Of a stretch of DNA of 55,949 nt, positions 50,477 through 55,949 are shown piece after piece (position 1 is the stretch's first letter; every line of letters starts with the position of its first letter). The translations under genes and the position numbers were made by a program. This stretch comes from Ministeria vibrans ATCC 50519 (lineage: Eukaryota; Protista; Filasterea), in contig CALSCP010001523.1 in the NCBI GenBank assembly GCA_943704425.1, forward strand, positions 1 through 55,949, written 5' to 3'. Below the pieces are notes generated by a model. It was given only the letters and a program-made list of their open reading frames with translations. It was not told the DNA's origin and did no database searches.

Positions 50477-50548
50477 TCTTTGGTAGCTTAAAGGTAAAGC
50501 ATATGACTGTTAATCATAGAAGTGTAGGTTCAAGTCCTATCCAGAGAG
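50477..50548 (+). tRNA. trnN: tRNA-Asn(GUU)
   Basis: TATGA-CT GTT AA-TCATA. Confidence 0.93.
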
Positions 50549-50557
50549 AAAAAAGAA

Positions 50558-52879
50558 ATGATAAAAAATAAAATAGATAAAATAATAATAAATTCAGAAA
50601 AAGCATATTTAACATCAATCGGTAAATTCAAAAATGAACTATCAGAGTTAAATCCAGAGATTAAATTAAAAATGATCTCAGAAATATGTAATAGAACTGA
50701 AAAGAGATTAACAATGTATCCTAGTAGAGCCTATTATGAAGGAACTAAAGAAGGGATCGATTATTGAGAGAAAGGTAATTTTCTAAATATTAAAAATTAT
50801 ATATTATATTCAAAAAATTATAATTGAATAGATTCAAAAAGAATTAAAGAAATGCAAAATAAAGAATGAACAGGATCAATAAATCAAAGAATAATTTATG
50901 ATGTTTGTTCAATAATAAAAATAGAATATAAAAATGAAATAGAAGAAATCTCAGTAAGAATAGAGATAGAAGATTTAAAAAACCTCTGAAAAAGAAGTAA
51001 ATCAAATTTCGAAAATGCTAAAGAATTATATTTAAAATTCTGAGACGAAAAGTTAGAAGAATTAGAATATTTAGAAATAGAAAACAAATACAATGTAAGT
51101 CAATACAATATAAAAGAAGAAGAAAATGAAATAACAGAAAAAGAATGAAATAAAATAAATATAATATTAAATAAAAAGATTAAAGAGATATTTAACCTAG
51201 ATATAAAAGATTATGAAGAAGAAATTAGAAGAAAAGAAATAACAAATAAAATGTGAAGTTTAGAAAAATGATCAATAAACAACCTATTAAGAATCTGAGA
51301 AGAAATGTGAAAAGAAAATAAAAAATTAAATAAAAGACTATATGAAAAATATGCATGAATTACATTTAAAGAAATAGATATTTCAAAAAATTATAAATTC
51401 ACAACATCAGGTACTATAGAAGAAAATCATTCATTATTAAATTGAAATAAAGATTTATGATTCAAAACTAAAGAATATAAGCAATGAGAAAAATATAAAG
51501 AAATTATAGAAGGAATTAAAGATATAATAAAAAACAAGAAGATAAATGAAGAAACATGAAATAAATATTTTAAGAATAGAATATATGAAATAGAATGATG
51601 AAGTAAAAAAAAGATAACAAAAGAAGAAATAGAAGACAATAAAAAATGAAAATTAATTTTAGAAATAATTAAATGATTAAAATGAGGAAAAAAAGACTTA
51701 AAAAATTATTTAAGAATAGAAAAAAATAAGATACCAATTATAAGACACATAAAAATAAAAGAGATAAAAGAAAGTTACTTAGAATTACTAGAAGCTCAAA
51801 GATTTTTAAATACAAGTGATTCACAATCAAAGTTAGAAGAAAAATTAGAGAAAGATGTAATACCAAACGAAAAAAGACAAAGAAACGTATTTAAAGAGAT
51901 AAGTTGAGGTAAAAAAAAAGGAGAGAGGGTAAAAGAAATAATAGAAGAAGAGGAAGAAGAAGAAGAAGAAAGAGAAAGATTAATAGAATGAAAAAACAAA
52001 AAAGGAGGTTGATGACAAGAAGAAAAGGAAGAAATAGAAAATGTAAGATGAACAGAAGAAAATGCACTAATAAATAAATTAAAAACAGAGAAATGGTATG
52101 GAATAAAGATCTATTTAGAAAAAAGGAAAAAATTAGAAAAAATAATTAAAAAAATAATAATACATCCAGTAATAAAGATAGGAGAAAACAAGCTAGAAAC
52201 GGAAATATGAACTCAAATATATTTAATAGGAATGGAAAACAAATATTGAAAAGACAAAAGAAAAGAAGAATTAATAAAATGAAAAAATGATAAAAAAAAT
52301 AATAAAAAATTAAAGGAAAGATTATTAATAGAAATAGAAGAATTAAAATTAAAAATAAAAAAAGAAATAAATCTAGAATTAAAAAGTAAAGTAAATAAAT
52401 CAAATAGAACAAATAATAAAGTAAAATTAGAATTAGAAAGTAGTAAAAAATACATTAGAGATTGAAATAAAAAGATAAATAATAAAGAGGAAATAAAAGA
52501 AAATAAAGATAAAGAAAAGGTAAAGAAAGATTACATATACTATTTATTTAATGCAGAACCAATAGATGCATACAAATTAAAGGAAAAAGAACCAAAATTA
52601 GAGAGTATAGAAAAATATATATCATGAAAAAGAACAAATAAACTAGAAAAAGAGACAAATAAAATAGTAGGAGAATACAAAAGAAAATTAGAAGAAAAAC
52701 TAGAAGAATTAAAAGAAATAAATAAAAAAGAAAATGAAGAATTAAATAGAATAATAAAATGACAAGAGGAAGAAGATCTAAAGAAGAGTCAATATAAAAG
52801 ATTAAAATTAGGCCTAAAAATGAGGAAAAACAATTATAAACAAATAAATAAAGAAAGAAAGATAAAGATACGTAAATAA
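50558..52879 (+). CDS. Giant ORF, 773 aa (orf773); possible uS10-like N-terminus
   Basis: Open under code 4 to TAA 52877-52879; TEKRLTMYPS...FLNI aligns with uS10 spacing. Confidence 0.85.
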
Positions 52880-52922
52880 TAGTAAAGAAGATAGGAGTAA
52901 GGGTGAAAACCCCGAAACTGTA

Positions 52923-53001
52923 CTTTATCTGGTGGAAGGGTAGACACGTTTGACTTAAAATCAAATGCAATAGCATACTGGTTCAAATCCAGTGATAAAG
53001 A
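52923..53001 (+). tRNA. trnL: tRNA-Leu(UAA)
   Basis: TTTGA-CT TAA AA-TCAAA; 11-nt variable arm. Confidence 0.93.
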
Positions 53002-53026
53002 AAGGTAAGTAAAGAAAAAGATTGAA

Positions 53027-53812
53027 ATGGGAAGACATAGTTTTCACATAGTAGATGAAAGCCCATGACCATTCACAGCAGCAATTGGTACATTAGGATT
53101 AACTAGCGGATTTGTAATGTACTTTCAAAAAACACAATTAGGTATAGAAACAATGACATTAGGATTAATATTAGTACTACTAACAATGTATTACTGATGA
53201 AAAGATGTAATTAGAGAATCAACATACCTAGGAAAACATTCATTAGTAGTACAACAAGGATTAAAATATGGAGCAATACTATTCATAGTATCAGAAGTAT
53301 TCTTATTCTTCAGTATATTTTGAGGATTCTTTCATTCTAGTTTAGCGCCAACAATAGAATTAGGATCACAATGACCTCCAGTAGGAATAAAAGTATTAGA
53401 TGCCTGAAGCGTACCATTACTAAACACAGCAATACTACTAACATCAGGAGCTACAGCTACATGAGCTCACCATAGTTTATTATGTAAAAATAGAAAAGAT
53501 ACAATAAATGGATTAGTCTGAACAATAGGATTAGGAATAATCTTCACAGGACTTCAAGGAATGGAATATTGAGAAGCGCCATTCACAATAACAGATTCAG
53601 TATATGGAACTACATTTTTCGTAGCTACAGGATTACATGGAATTCATGTAATAATAGGAACATTATTCATACTGGCATGTTTAGTAAGATATATAAAACA
53701 TGAAATCTGAGATAGACATCATTTCGGATTAACATTTAGTTTATACTACTGACATATGGTAGATGTAGTATGATTATTTTTATTTTTCGTAATTTATGCA
53801 TGAGGTTCATAA
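53027..53812 (+). CDS. cox3: Cytochrome c oxidase subunit 3 (261 aa)
   Basis: [41 protein letters not shown]. Confidence 0.98.
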
Positions 53813-53850
53813 AATAAATAAAAAAGAAAAAAAGAAAAAAGGTAAAAAAG

Positions 53851-54861
53851 ATGAATTGAATATTAAAAATAATAGAAATAATACTAATAATAATACCAAT
53901 ATTATTATCAATGGCATTTTTAACATTAAAAGAAAGAAAAGTATTAGCTAATATCCAAAGAAGGTCAGGTCCAAACATAGTAGGAATATATGGTATACTT
54001 CAACCATTTAGTGATGCAATAAAACTATTTTTAAAAGAGACAGTAATTCCATCACATGCTAATAAAATAATATATCTAATAACACCAATAATAACATTAA
54101 GTTTAGCATTAATAAGTTGATCAGTAATTCCATTCAATAACAATATAATAATAGGAGATATAAATCTTGGATTATTATATTTATTAGGAATTTCCTCACT
54201 AAGTGTATACGGAGTATTAGGATCAGGTTGAGGAAGTAATTCAAAATATGCATTTTTAGGAGGCCTAAGATCAACAGCTCAAATGATAAGTTATGAAGTC
54301 TCAATGGGTTTATTATTACTCTCAGTATTAATATGAACAGGTAGTTACAATTTATCAGTAATAGTAATAACACAAGAAGAAGGTTGAAACCTAATAGGTT
54401 TATTACCAACAAGTATATTATTCTTAATCTCAATACTAGCAGAAACAAACAGAAGTCCATTTGATCTGCCAGAAGGAGAATCAGAATTAGTATCAGGATT
54501 TAATGTAGAATACTCATCAATGACATTCGCATTATTTTTCTTAGGAGAATATGTACATATAATATTAATGTCAATAATATTCACAATAATATTCCTAGGA
54601 GGATGAACAAACGTAATAACAGATAAATATTGAAACATAATAGGATTAGAAGATTTAGACTTAGGATGACTAAAATCATTCAATATGAGTATAAAGACTA
54701 GTCTAATTATATATTGATTTATCTGAGTAAGAGGCTCATATCCAAGATTCAGATATGACCAATTAATGGGATTAGTTTGAAAGAACATACTCCCATTAAG
54801 CATAGGTTTAATAATGTGAAATGGAAGTATAATAATTGCAACAAACAGTCTAAATTGATAA
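53851..54861 (+). CDS. nad1: NADH dehydrogenase subunit 1 (336 aa)
   Basis: [58 protein letters not shown]. Confidence 0.98.
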
Positions 54862-54928
54862 TAAAAGAAGATAATAAAAGAAAAAAGGATATAAATAATA
54901 TATAAGATAAGAAGAATATAGAAGAGGG

Positions 54929-55949
54929 AAGGACATATAGATCAAAGGTAGATTAACATCTTGTCGAGATGTAGGGTGCAGGTTCGAATCCAGCTATGTC
55001 CGGGATTAATTAAGAAAAAATAAGTAAAATTATTGATAGTATTAATTAAAAACAAAAGAGAGTACTATTAACATATATTTATTAATAATAAGTGATTAAT
55101 AAATATATGATAAATAGGAAATAAAAGGTAGTATTAATATATATATAGATTGGTGTATGAATAAGATATTGAAAAGATATATATTAATATGAAAAAAGTG
55201 AAGATGATAGTAGTATTTAAAGTATACGTAAGTGAGTTATTAAACTAAATTAGATGGATAGATATGAATAAATATATATATAAAGATATATAAAGAAAAT
55301 ATAAGAAAGTCTAAAGATAGATAATATCAAAAAGAAATATATGATAAAGCGAAACAAAAAAAAAGAAAAAAAGCGCCCTAATAGATAAACATGGAAGATG
55401 GAGACTAGAGTATATTAACTAGAGTTTAAAGGAAGATATTGAAAAAGTAACATTTAAAGTGAGTACATAAAGAATGTAAATATCTAACAATCGAAAGACT
55501 GACAAGAAGTTGACTATATTGAAATATTAATTATAAAAAAGCTATAAATAAAGTCTATTACAAAGTGTAAAGAATTAAGAGTAGTTAATTAAGTAAAGTA
55601 AATAAAGTAAAGTACGGATTGTCTTTAAAATAAGAGAGTAAGATATGAAAGGAAGGATGTAATTAAAGAGAATGTAAAAAGTAAATATAATAATTTAAAA
55701 AAAGTGAAGATGATACGAGCCGAGTAAGCGATAAGAAGAAAGGTGAATATGATAATAATGAGTAATATACAGAAAATTTATTAAAATTTATTAAAATTGA
55801 TTAAAATTAAATAAATATTAATAAAAAGTTAAAATAATAAAAGTTTATTTATTAGGGTTGTGACCCAGCCCCGGAGTAACAGTTAGAGAAGCCTGCCACC
55901 AACACAATACATTAAGTATCTAACCTCATTGGAGTAGTCAAGATCGACA
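54929..55949. repeat. Right terminal inverted repeat (1021 bp)
   Basis: Reverse complement of 1-1021. Confidence 0.97.
54931..55002 (+). tRNA. trnD: tRNA-Asp(GUC), TIR copy 2
   Basis: Identical to the copy at 948-1019. Confidence 0.95.

Noticed and set aside
55300-55520. RNase P RNA inside the TIR (AAGAAAGTCT ... ACAAGAAGTTGACTAT)
   Set aside because: The two halves cannot form the P4 helix; likely chance similarity in AT-rich DNA.

Overview
This is an apparently complete linear mitochondrial genome of a unicellular eukaryote. It is very AT-rich and uses genetic code 4 (TGA=Trp, with a matching trnW(UCA)). The supplied ORF track treats TGA as stop, so it fragments most real genes and lists many antisense shadows; the coordinates below come from re-reading frames by hand with TGA=Trp. 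Architecture: 1021-bp terminal inverted repeats (each with trnD), all left-arm genes on the minus strand, all right-arm genes on the plus strand, diverging from a repeat-rich centre (~28650-30000). Content: cox1-3, cob, atp6/8/9, nad1-6 and nad4L, rns, rnl, 24 distinct tRNAs plus one tRNA-like gene, rps3/4/12/13/14/19, rpl2/5/6/14/16 and a probable tatC. I saw no introns. Gene set, size and linear form fit a unicellular holozoan; from memory they resemble Ministeria vibrans mtDNA (not verified here). About 22 kb is six giant K/E/I/N/W-rich ORFs (2038, 915, 1349, 883, 1525 and 773 aa). By-eye motif reading suggests: (1) orf1525 is a greatly expanded protein-primed family-B DNA polymerase, which fits the inverted-repeat ends; (2) several others hide the otherwise missing small-subunit ribosomal proteins inside huge extensions (orf883 ~ uS7, orf915 ~ uS2, orf773 ~ uS10, orf2038 possibly uS11). 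These assignments need profile-HMM or structure searches. Also present: a 22-bp palindromic motif in five copies, each upstream of a gene block, and a 12-copy GC-rich fold-back element.
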